Shown in pieces: positions 52,695 through 64,000 of a stretch of 64,000 bases of DNA. The number at the start of each line of letters is the position of its first letter. The stretch's first letter is position 1. Source of the stretch: Mobula hypostoma (lineage: Eukaryota); NCBI RefSeq assembly GCF_963921235.1, contig NC_086118.1, positions 13,518,001 to 13,582,000 on the forward strand. Reading direction: 5' to 3'. Both the position numbers and the translations under genes were made by a program. The notes under the pieces are model-generated. The model worked only from the letters and a program-made list of their open reading frames with translations, did not search any database and was not told where the DNA came from.

Positions 52695-53288
52695 AAGTAC
52701 ATGACAGTGGCCACACATTTAATTCTACATCCCATTCCCATTCTGATATGTCTATCCATATCTACTGTAAAGATGAAGCCACACTCAGGTTGGAGGAACA
52801 ACACCTTATATTCCTGATGGCATGAACATTGACTTCTCAAACTTCCGCTAATGCCCCACCTCCTCCTCGTACCCCATCCGTTATTTATTTATATATACAT
52901 ATTCTTTCTCTCTCTCTCTCTCCTTTTCCCCTCTGTCCTTCTGACTATACCCCTTGCCCATCCTCTGGGTTTTCCCCCCTCCCCCTTTTCTTTCTCCCTG
53001 GGCCTCCTGTCCCATGATCCTCTCATATCCCTTTTGCCGATCAACTGTCCAGCTCTTGGCTCCATCCCTCCCCCTCCTGTCTTCTCCTATCATTTTGGAT
53101 CTCCATCTCTCCCCCTCCCACTTTCAAATCTCTTACTAGCTCTTCCTTCAGTTTAGTCCTGACGAAGGGTCTCGGCCCGAAACGTCGACTGTACCTCTTC
53201 CTAGAGATGCTGCCTGGCCTGCTGCATTCACCAGCAACTTTGATGTGTGTTGCTTGAATTTCTAGCATCTGCAGAATTCCTCATGTTT
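52695..53288 (+). mobile_element. Penelope-like element 3' end (GIY-YIG tail plus pseudo-LTR)
   Basis: Reads VATHFNSTSHSHSDMSIH and LRLEEQHLI, followed by a pyrimidine-rich UTR and an intact hammerhead. Confidence 0.88.
53155..53190 (+). ncRNA. Minimal type I hammerhead ribozyme, intact core
   Basis: AGTC-CTGACGA-AGGGTCTCGGCCC-GAAAC-GTC-GACT; predicted cleavage after C53186. Confidence 0.82.
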
Positions 53289-53345
53289 GTAGTACGTGAC
53301 AGAGTAGACTGGGAGGATATGAGATCTATGAAGCACTGCAAAGTT

Positions 53346-54155
53346 AAGATGGCGTTAAATGGTGCCCGTTTTGCTAGCATCTTTGGAAACAGTTTTATTT
53401 CTATTTTTGATATCTTTTTTTTCTCCTTTTCAGGGTGGGGGTGGAGTTCTTTTGAAGACCCTGACCTGGAGTTACACTCTGACCATGTTTCTTTGCAGGA
53501 ATGAGACCTGCACTCAGGGCCTCACGACCGGCCGATTTTTTTATATCCCAAGGACACGGCCAAGAAGGCGAGCGCGCCTTCAGGGTTCCGGGATTTCGTG
53601 GTTCTGGAGACGGGCTGATTCTGGGACGGTGCCCCTGAATGAAGCGTCGAGGGAGAACACGGAACACGGAACATTGGGAAAAGCAGCTCTGGGTTACGTG
53701 CCTGGAGAACTGAACCCTTTTGGTGCCGACTCCCCAGGCGCAGAGCTCCAAAAAAGCGACACAACAGGCTTTTAACATTGTAAAGCGGTGAGTTGTTTGT
53801 TATGTCTCCCCTCTCGCTGTGAAATGGGGCATCTCTTTTTCTCTTAATAGGGAGAGAGAGAGAGCCTGTGTTATGTCAAATTATTGGATGAACAAGTAGT
53901 TTTTGGGGTACTGCAAGTCTGTGTCTTCATTGACGCTTTGCTGCACGCTTGAGTGCTCGGTGGAGGGTGCTGATGCTTTTTTGCTGGTTGGGGGGGTCGT
54001 TGCCTTGCTGCTGCTTGTGACTGGGATCTTTGGGGTTCTAACGTTTAACTGTTATTCATTCTTCTGGGCACTCTGTTTTCATGGATTTCGATGAAGAAAA
54101 AGAATTTCAGGATGTATATTGTATACATTTCTCTGACATTAAATGCACCTATTAA
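53346..54155 (+). mobile_element. Non-autonomous element with a Rex1-like 3' tail
   Basis: Starts AAGATGGCG and has a CpG-containing body. Ends GAATTTCAGGATGTATATTGTATACATTTCTCTGACATTAAA, resembling Rex1 tails at 30195-30240 and 50173-50220. Confidence 0.55.
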
Positions 54156-54324
54156 GACCTTGTGTTCAAAGGGGAAAATGAAGAAATAATGTAGTGCAAA
54201 TTTCAAACACTCAGTCAGAACTAACAAAGTACTAAAATACTAAAAAAAATAATATTTTTGAGGAATATGGAGATAATTAAATGTTGAGGAAGCTGCTGAT
54301 AGCTCATCTAATTGATACAAACAC

Positions 54325-55465
54325 TTAGGTTAGGATGCTGTTTATTGATTATAGCTCAACGTTCAACGCCATAATTCCTACAGTCTGATTAATAAGATAC
54401 TGGGCCTCTGTACCTCCTTCTGCATTTGGATCTTCAACTTCCTAACCAGAAGACCGCAATCTGTGCGTATTGGTGATAATATCTCCTCCTTGCTGATGAT
54501 CAACACTGGCGCACCTCAGGAGTGTGTGCTTAGCCCACTGCTCTACTCTCTATATACCCATGACTGTGTGGCTAGGCATAGCTCAAATACCATCTATAAA
54601 TTTGCTGATGATACAACCATTGTTGGTAGAGTCTTAGATGGAGATGAGAGGGCTTACGGGAGTGAGATATACCAGCAAATTGAGTGGTGTTGCAGCAATA
54701 ATCTTGCACTCAATGTCAATAAAAGGAAAGAGGTGATTGTGGACTTCAGGAAGAGTAGAACAAGAGATCATGAACCAATCTTTACAGAGGGATCAGAAGT
54801 GGAGAGAGTCAGCAATATCAAGATCTCTGAGGATCTAACTTGGTCCCAACTTATCAATGCAGCTATAACAAAGGCAAGACAGCACCTATATTTCATTAGG
54901 AGTTTAAAGAGATTTGGTTTGTCACCTAAAACACACAAAAACTTCTATAGATGTACTGTGGAGAGCATTCTGATAGGCTTCATCACTCTCTGGTATGGAG
55001 GGGGCATGGGGGACTACTGCAAAGTATCAAAAGAAGCTACTGTAAGTTGCTAAATTAGTCAGTTCAACCTTGGGTACTAGCCTCCATGTATCAAAGACAT
55101 CTTTCAAGGTGCAGTGTGTCAGAAAAGTGACGTTCATTGTTAAGGACTCCCATCACCCAGAGCACGCCTTCCTCTCATTATTGTAATCAGGGAGGTACAG
55201 AAGACTGAGAGCACACACACAGTGATTCAGGAACAGCATCTTCTCTGTCGCCATCCAATTACCAAAAGGACATTGAAACCATGAATGCTACCTCACTTTT
55301 TTATATATATTATTTCTGTTTGTGCACTATTTTTATCTATTTAATATACATATATACTTACCGTAATTTATTTACTTATATATTTTTTCTTCCTACATTA
55401 TCATGTATTGCATTGTACTGCTGCTGCTAAGTTAACAAATTTCATGATACAAACTTGATTCTGAT
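54325..55465 (+). mobile_element. Rex1/Babar RT fragment plus 3' UTR
   Basis: 196-aa [25 protein letters not shown]...[11 protein letters not shown]. Confidence 0.92.
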
Positions 55466-56294
55466 AACTTCTTCTCTTTGCCATCGTCAATCTGATCATC
55501 TTTGCCCTGAAGCCCTCTTGAGGATTGGTGGTGGAATCTATCTCTATTATATGTACTGATTTTATTTAATTGTGCAATCAAATTTGAAGTTTTATAAAAC
55601 TGTTTCACTCTATTAAATTATTAATGCCTTAAAAAGATAAATATTATGTTCCATAAACAAAACTATTCAATCTGTAATATCTTATTCACTTTGCATTTTA
55701 TCTCAGCTCTAAACTGAATGGCAATCTGTTAGAGACCAAAATTACTGAAAGGCTTATCTTCAGATAATCAGTAACACATAATATATTAGCTGGTAAAAAT
55801 CACTCCGGTAATTGCCTTTAATTTAGTTAAGTCACAATTGATCGTTTTGAATTGTCAGACCATCAAAACATGTGCAGAAGAGAGAAAATACCCAAGATTG
55901 AGCTGACCAATTTTGCAACTTACAGTAGCTTCTTTAGATCCTATGCGGTAGTCCCTCTTGCCCCCTTATCAGAGAGTGATGCAGCCTATCAGAACACTCT
56001 CCACAGTACATCTAGAGAAGTTTTTTTGTGTTTTATGTGACAAACCAAGAATTAATCCAATTTATGAAATCTCAAAAGCAGTCATTGGCAATAACGCAAA
56101 GATCAGTGACTATTTCCTTTTTTGTGTGTGCCATTCTCTGCCAGAGCCTCGGCGACCACTTTTTCAAGTGGTTGTCTTGGAGGAAAAATTCTGTGAGTAG
56201 TCCCCCACGTCCTTCTCACAGCACAGTTTTTTTTTACAATGCTGAGTTGAGACTTCACCTTGACCTTTGAAGTTTGAACTTTGCTATTAGACCA

Positions 56295-57375
56295 CAAGAT
56301 ATAGGAGCAGAATTAGGCCATTCGACCCTTTGATTCTGCTCCACCAATTCATTATGACTGATCTATTTTCTTCTCAGCCCCAGTCTCCTGCCTTCTCCCC
56401 GTATCCCTTCATGCCCTGACTAACAAGAATCTGTCAACCTCTGAATTAAATATACCCAATAACTTGGCTTCTACAGCCACCTGTAGCAATGAATTCTAGA
56501 GATTCACAACTCTGGCTAAAGAAATACCTCCTCAACTCCATTCTAAATGGAACGTCCCTCAAAGCTGAGGCTGCGTTCTCTGGTCTTAGACTTCCCTACC
56601 ATGGGAAACATCCTCTACACATCCACTCTATCAAGGCCTTTCAACATTCGATAGGTTTCAATGAGATCCTCCCTCATTCTGGTGAATTCCAGTGAGAACC
56701 ATCAAACACTTTTCATATGATAAGCCTTTCAATCCCAGAATCATTTTCCTGCACTGCCTTTGAACCCTCTCCGATATCAGCACAACCTTTTTTAGATAAG
56801 GGGCCCTACACTGCTCACAATATCCCAAGTGAGGCATCACCAGTACCTTATAATGCCTCAACATTATACATCCTTACTTTCATATTCTAGTGCTCTCCAA
56901 ATGAATGCTAACATCGCATTTGCCTTCCTCACTACCAACTCAACCTGGTAATTAATCGTTAGGGTATCCTGCACCAAGGACTCCCAAGTCCCTTTACATC
57001 TCAGATTTTTGAATTTTCTCTCCAGTTAGAAAATAGTCTATGCGTTTGTTTCTTCCACCAAAGCGCACAATATTATGTGGCTAATCATTCTACTGAGGTA
57101 CTAAGGAACAATTAAAGATGAAATAGATTAATGAAACAAAATAGATGTTAGTTCCTTGTGCTTTTTCCAAACAAAAGCACCACATACTAGTACAGAGATA
57201 ATTTACTTGATTCATCTATCAGGATACCAATGGCCATGTCTGCGTCCTGCTTTGCCATAGTTAGTTTTCTTAATTGTCTTCTAGTCAGCCAATCTTCTAT
57301 CTGCGCAAGTATCTTTTCTGTAATTTTATGGACTCTTAACTTGTTTAGCAGTCTCATGTGTGGCACCTTGACCAT
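56295..57375 (-). mobile_element. CR1 3' fragments
   Basis: LRHYKVLVMPHLGYC and KVPHMRLLNKL; colinear with 15075-16217. Confidence 0.85.
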
Positions 57376-57809
57376 ACTACAAGAAACTTTACATGTGTTT
57401 AATATTAACTTGTGATCAGCAGAGCCATTCTTATTTTGCTTGCAAAACACCACATTTTCTTGACAGAAGGACAATTGATGGTGTATAATGCTTGGATAAA
57501 AATAAGCAAAGTTTGGTTTATTTATTTCCCACAGATGTGACTAGCATAGGTGCTGAAGGTTTTGACAGTGTCAGCTATTCCTGCACTGGTGCTTGCCCTC
57601 ATCTTCCACTTTGATAAGTTGCCAGTGGACACTGTGGAATTGCTCAGAACGATAAAGGGTTGTCATATGCCCATCTAAAAACCTCTTAAGTACCACTATT
57701 GTATTTACTTCCACCACCATAAAAAACCTCCAATGCATCTCCTTTAAACTTGCCCCCTCTCACCTTAAATGCTTATAGTACCTTCTAGTATTTGTCATCT
57801 AAGTATGTA

Positions 57810-58480
57810 TCAAAGACAGTTTCTACCCCATTGTTATAAGAGTATTGATTGGTTCCCTAGTACTGTTGACCTCACAATCTATGTAGTTATGACTTTGCAC
57901 CTCACCAGTTACGTGAATTCTCTGTAGTTGTTGCCTTTATTCTGAACCCTGTTGTTGTTTTTTAACCTCATTTGTCCTCAATATACTGTCTAATGAATTG
58001 ATCTGTATGAACAGTATTAAAGACAAGCTTTTCATTATATTTTACTACATCTTGCTACATATGACATGCCAGTAAAGGTCCAGTAACATCATAAAGGATC
58101 CCACCTACCCTGCTCATGGATTGTTTGTCCCATTCACATCAGGGAGTAGGCTGCATAGCATCCGTGCCAGGACCATCAGACTCAAACCAAGCAGTAAAGC
58201 TGATCAACACTTCCACCACAAACTCCACCACTACTTTATTATTTCTTTTTAGTCATGTTATATACAGCCTAGTGTCACCTTATGGACATGGAATCGATTT
58301 ATTTATTTAAGCTCTCTTATATATTTACATTTATTGTGTTCTATTATTATCATTATTATTATTATTATTGTGTTCTTTATCTTTTGTGTTTTTTTGTGCT
58401 GCATCGGGTCCTGAGTAAGAATTATTTTGTTCCCTCCACAATCGTGTACAGGAAATGAAAATTAACCATCTTGAATTTTG
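57810..58480 (+). mobile_element. Diverged Rex1-type 3' remnants with an (ATT)n microsatellite
   Basis: IIKDPTYPAHGLF-like translation at ~58087; (ATT)n at ~58343-58369. Confidence 0.55.
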
Positions 58481-59187
58481 AATAAAAGAATCCCAATTTT
58501 AATTTTAATTTCAATATAGTTTGGCAGTCGAAGGCTGACAAATTTCACAACACAGTAGATGAAAAATGCCATTCAAAAACTTAGAGATTACTTTAATACA
58601 AAGCTATTAGAAATATCTGCAAGCTCTATGTTTGCTCTAGGGTGCAGAGCAGGGGATAAAAGCTAGTGAATAGATAATTTCATAATTAGATTGCAATTTT
58701 GAGAATACTTTGTATCATAACGGATAAGATAGAAAAGTGTATGGACTTGCAGCTGAACAAATCTGATCGAAGCTGTTGATGATACAAATCCCGAACTTGA
58801 GAATGCCATGTAAATTCACTGTTGAAGAAGATGAATTTATCCGCCACAAGCAACTACCACAGTGGAGTCTGGGGTATACATGGGACCAGTTCAATCAGTT
58901 CCTATCATTGCAGTACCCATCATTTACCACACTCTTGTAAGTTCAGAAAAAGAAATAAGTGTTTTTCATGCTAAAATAATGATCACATTACAACAGTCTG
59001 CAGATGCAAGCCAAAGACCAGGAACAGAAGCAAATTCAGTGGCAACTATAAATGGCAACAGAAAGGAGGGCTTTGTAATCTGGATTTCTTTCAGAAAATG
59101 AAGAAATGAAATTGTACCATATCTGTGCCATGAACAATAATGTCAGTGAGCATGCAGACTTTAGAATAAAGTTGTGGAAATTCATAT

Positions 59188-59430
59188 GGTAGCATAGTGG
59201 TTAGCACAATGTTTTTACAGCTCGGGGTGACTGAGTTCAGAGTTTTTACTGTATATTCTATGACAGCAAGGGTTTCCACCGAGAGCTCCAGTTTCTCCCC
59301 ACGATCCAAAGATGTACGCATTGATAGGTTAATTGGCTAATGTAAATTGTCCTGTAGGTAGATCTGTTGCTGGGTGGTGCAGCTTGTTGAGCTGGAAGGA
59401 TCTGTTCTGCATTGCATCTCTAAATAAGTA
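59188..59430 (+). mobile_element. V-SINE remnant
   Basis: GCATAGTGGTTAGCAC A box and GCTCCAGTTTCTCCCCACGATCCAAAGA. Confidence 0.6.
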
Positions 59431-59559
59431 AAATCTCTCAAGACAATTACAACTTGATGCCATTGAAAGAAATTTTGTCTACGTGATAGCATCACAAATA
59501 AAATGCATCGTGCAAGACATTTATTTATGTTAAAGTACTTGCCCTTTACAACTTCTCTT

Positions 59560-60170
59560 ACCCCTTCTTTTGCCTCATTGCCTTTTGCCTTTCTTTCCTT
59601 CTCACCTGCCTATCACCGACCTTTAGAAGCACTTCTCCTTCCCTTTCTCCCATGTCCACTCTCCTATTGAATTCTGTCTTCTTCAGCCCTTTATCTTCTC
59701 ACGTCTATCACCTCCCAGATTCTCTCTTCATCCACCCCCACTGACACACACAAGGATATATTCGAATACAGCTTCCCCCAGAATGTCAGGGTTACATTCG
59801 TTTCTGGCTTGTCCCTCGTCCTGCCATACTGGGAATACCGTATAAAAGAGGAAAAGATGCCTTCCCTTAAAATCACGGGGCTGAAGTTGTGTATGGAGAC
59901 CAAACGGTCTGCAGATTTTTGAAATCTGGATCAACACATAAAATACTAACCACAAGAGATGCCTGTAATCCAGAGCAACACACACAAAATGGTGAAGAAA
60001 CACAGTAGCACCTATGGAAATGAATAAACAGTTGACAGTTAAAGCCAAGGCCCTTCTTCAGGACCAAAGAACTAAGCTGGTCAGGCAGCATCTATGAAGG
60101 GAAATGGACAGATGATGTTTTGGGTCAAGACTCTTCATCCAGGCCTCCATGATTTTTGTGTGTTGCTCCC
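59560..60170. repeat. Cluster of Penelope-type pseudo-LTR fragments in both orientations
   Basis: Forward pyrimidine-rich UTR at 59560-59745, two inverted tail copies with decayed hammerheads at 59958-60143, and a forward tail end. Confidence 0.6.
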
Positions 60171-60259
60171 AATGTTGTGTATCTTATTGTACTGATATAT
60201 TGTATTTGATGTGTCTGTATGGCTGGAGAATTTATGATCCTATAGGTTGGAAGAACCAG

Positions 60260-61115
60260 AATGAAACTCAGGTTTATGATCACTGATGTATGTTGTGAAA
60301 TTTGTTGGTTTGTGGCAGCAGTACAGCACAAAACATAACTAAATTACTATAAGTAATAATGATAGAGAGATAGACAGATAAATAATATAAAAGAGAAATA
60401 GTGAGGTGGGAGAGGAAAGAATCTGTTCCAAAAACTTTGAATGTGGGTCCTCATGCTCCTGTACTTCCTCTCTGATGGTAGTAATGAGAAGACGGCATCT
60501 CCCAGATGGTGAGGGTCCTTAATGATGGATATTGTGGCACCATCTTTTGAAGGTCTTCAATGGTGGCAAAGCTTATGTCCATGATATTAACAAATTCCAC
60601 GGCATATACCAGTGATATTAAACCTGATTCTGATTATGTTTTGGATTCTGATGAACTTGGCTGAGACTAAAGCCCTCTGCAGCCTCTTTCAGATCCTGTT
60701 CAACTGAGCCTTCATATCAGATGACGAGGCAACCAGCCAGAACATTTTCCATCATACGTCTGTAGAAATTTACTCAAGTCTTTGGAGACATACCAAATCT
60801 CCTTAAATTTCTAATGAGATTTAGCTACTGGCATGCCTCCTTCATGATTTTACAATATGTTGGGGTCAGAACTTAAAGATGCTCACGCTTTCCACTTCTC
60901 ACTACTTGATGAGGACTGATGAGCATTCCTTCAACTTAGCCTTCCTGAAGTCCACCATCAATTCCTTCATCTTGCTGACACAGAGTGCAAGTGTTTTCTT
61001 GTGACATCACTCAATGAGCTGATCTATCTTGATCCTGTACACCATCTCGTTGCCATTTAAGTTTCTGCCAGCAATCATGGTGTTATTGTCGAATTTGTAG
61101 ATGGTCTTCCTGCTC
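60260..61115 (-). mobile_element. Old Rex1/Babar remnant
   Basis: TIYKFDNNTMIAGR...YRIKIDQLIE, with 3' UTR similarity to other Rex1 copies. Confidence 0.75.
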
Positions 61116-61744
61116 TGTAACAGTATGTGACGCTCAGTTATATTGGTTCGTTTATGTCTAGGGGAAATCCCACCCAGCACCTGCCATAACGTTTCGCATG
61201 GAGTCGGTGGCTGCACCACGGCCGCCCGAATCGGTCCCAAACATCAATCATCAGCCAGCGCACCCAGTACGTTTTACCAAACACACTATATAGATATTAC
61301 TAAGTCTATGACATTAATATAAATTCGATTCTGAAAAGGAAGTAATGAAAAAAAAGAGGTGCCAAAACTGATCAAAGTCCAAGTTCTTCGTGCACAACCG
61401 TTGGAGCTCAATCAGTTCCTGACGACCACCTGGATCCTGTCGACTCACGGCTCGGGACCACCTGAAGTGATCGACCGGAGCCCTTCCGCACATCCGCCGT
61501 CCTCCCCGTCTCTCCTCCGACTCCCCCCAAAAACCCCGTTCCCAGTCATATGAGACAGCATTATCATCCGAAAACAAAACGATACATGAACACCCATTGG
61601 CTAACAGCACCCTGCCATCTGTATTAACCTAAGCAAATGTCTAGCTGGAGACTTTCTCAGCATTTAACATAACAAAGAAGCATTCCCCAGTATAACATGA
61701 CAAAGAAGCCATTTTAAATTTAACAAAAAGAAAGACCCCGTACA
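61116..61744 (-). mobile_element. 3' LTR of a Gypsy retrotransposon
   Basis: Minus strand reads TGTAC...GTTACA and is preceded by the polypurine tract GGTGGGGGGAAGAG (61745-61758). Confidence 0.88.
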
Positions 61745-61767
61745 CTCTTCCCCCCACCAAATAAAAG

Positions 61768-64000
61768 TCATGCCCTCATGACGTTAACAGAGTTCACCAG
61801 TGCTCCTTGTAAAACACAAAACCCAACCCAGGTGCATAAAGCAGTGACATAACTTTCCAGGGCAGTAGAGATCACACACTGCTCTCCCAGCGCTGTATAC
61901 GTCAGTCTCTCTGGGGGATGCCTACTCCTCTGCGGCCTCTGTACTTCCTCTGCTGACTTTCCCTGTTCAGACACCCCAGGTGACCCCCCGGGCCTATCTG
62001 TCGGACCCTCCCCCTCACCGGGACCCCTCAGCCCCTGTGAGCCCTCTGGCTCAGGTTCTGGTTCCACCCTCTGCTCCCCCAATCCCGGCTGTAATACAGG
62101 CGGCTCTGCAACACCCTCCCTCGGTTCCCCTAACTCAGTGATGGAAGCGCCAGGAGTCTCTTCTCCCGGCACTGGGGTATCAGCGAACGGAAACAGGTAC
62201 CACACATCTGAATCATCACCTTCCGATGACGTATCCCTTCTCGACTTGGGGACCGGCTCTTCCTTCGCCCCGCGCCCTCGCAGAGTCCTCGTACTAGGCG
62301 TAAACTCCTATTTAGGCTCTGGGTCTACCTTCACCTCACGACCCAGAGGCAACAGGTGGTTCCGATGGAGTACCTTGACAGACCCCTTCTCGTCCTCGGG
62401 TCTCACCCGGTAAGCAGGGAGATTCTGCATTTGACTCTCTACCACATAGGGGGTGACCGCCCAGTGATCCGCTAACTTGTGCTTACCAGGTAGTCCTAAA
62501 TTCCGGATAAGGACTCGGACTCCCGGCAATAGCTGGACATACTTTACTTTCTGATCATACCTCTTCTTATTCCGCTGATTCTGCTTGGTGGCTGCTGCCT
62601 CAGCCAACTCGTACGCCCTTTTCAACTCTCTCCTAATATCAGACACGTACTTCAGATATGGCTTTGAAGGTATTTCACCCGCTTCAGTCCCAAAACACAG
62701 ATCAATGGGCAACCTCACTTCCCGTCCGAACATCAGATAATAGGGCTAGTACCCCGTAGCGTCATTGCGAGTACTATTGTAACAGTGAACCAAATGCCCA
62801 ATGTGCTGACTCCACTTACTCTTCTGACCGATCTCCAGAGTGCCGAGCATGTCCAGCAGGGTCCGGTTAAACCTCTCTGGCTGAGGATCACCCTGCGGGT
62901 GACAGGCTGTGGTCCTGGATTTCTCGACCCCAAGCATACCCAGTAATTCATGGATAAGCCTGCTCTCGAAGTCCCGTCCCTGATCACTATGGATCCACCT
63001 GGGGAGGCCATAATGAACAAAGTCCTTCTCCCATAACACCTTCGCCACTGTAGTCGCTTTCTGGTCCTTAGTAGGAAAAGCCTGCGCATATCTAGTGTAG
63101 TGATCTGTGATGACCAAGACATTGGCGGTGTTGCTGGTGTCAGGCTCAATAGACAGGAAATCCATACACACCAGGTCCATGGGTCCTGCTCTCTGCAAAT
63201 GGGACAGAGGAGCCGCCTGCGCAGGCAAGGTCTTCCAGTATTCTTCCACCTCCCCCCTCATCCGGGGCCAGTAAAACCGGTCCTTGAGTAATCCATAGGT
63301 CTTCTCTACCCCTAAGTGCCCAGAATCATCATGTAGTGCCTGGAGCACAGTCTTCCGATACTTCTCAGGCATAACCAGCTGCCAGGGCTGGGGGTGGTCC
63401 GGGGGCAACGTGACCCGGTACAGGACATGGTTCTTCAGCTTCAACCGAGGCCACTCCTTCAGTAGTAGGGGAACGGAGGCATGCTTCGCCTTCTCCGCCT
63501 GCCCCATATCACCCTGTCTAACCGCGAACCAGATAGTGCCAATGCTCGGGTCATCACGCTGAGCTGCCCCCACTTCCTGGGGGCTCAACTCCGGCAGCTG
63601 CCTGATCCTCAGAGCAGTCAAATTACAGTAAACAGTGGGTAGCGCATCATCATCAACCCCCAATTGACCCACTGCCCGATCCGGCCCCATTGGGGCTCCT
63701 ACTTCACCGTCATTCCCAACTTGACACATGGCCTTCACTCCCGGGCAGGGACACTCTTCCACTCCTCAGCCGTGCCCAATTCGTCGTGCGCCTGACGAGA
63801 TAGAGCATCTGCATTGATGTTCCGACTCCCCAGTCGGTACTTCAGGCTGAACTCATAGGCAGACAAGGCCGCTAACCACCGGTGCCCAGTAGCGTCCAGT
63901 TTTGCCGAGGTCAGAATATACGTGAGAGGATTGTTGTCAGTTCTCACCTCAAACTTGGCCCCGTATAGATAGTCACTCAACTTGTCCACCACCACCCATT
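61768..64000 (-). pseudogene. Gypsy pol 3' half (RNase H plus integrase), frameshifted; continues beyond the window
   Basis: RNase H RTDNNPL...NADALSR; integrase HDDSGHLG, CMDF, HSDQGRDFES and PERFNRTL; GPY/F-like module followed by a low-complexity tail. Confidence 0.95.

Overview
Repeat-dense eukaryotic DNA with no host exon or gene that I can support. The repeat repertoire (CR1, Rex1/Babar, V-SINE/HE1-like SINEs, Penelope-like elements, L1, RTE, Gypsy) suggests an intronic or intergenic region of a vertebrate genome, most likely a cartilaginous fish such as a ray (inference). The recognisable ORFs are fragments of retroelement proteins (APE endonuclease, reverse transcriptase, GIY-YIG, Gag/protease, RNase H/integrase) or their antisense shadows. 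Main observations: (1) about a dozen Penelope-type terminal repeats carry a minimal type I hammerhead ribozyme motif, three with fully intact cores, and several copies are short fold-back insertions, one a near-perfect 85-bp-arm palindrome with a target-site duplication (TSD); (2) an RTE LINE shows twin-priming 5' inversion geometry; (3) a Gmr1-like Gypsy element has a SCAN-like Gag and a tRNA-Pro primer site; (4) there are multi-level nested insertions; (5) a repeat-free island at about 41.3-41.9 kb holds clustered PBX/MEIS/HOX-type motifs. Family names come from motif recognition by eye, not database searches. Boundaries are approximate unless a TSD or terminal repeat is quoted.
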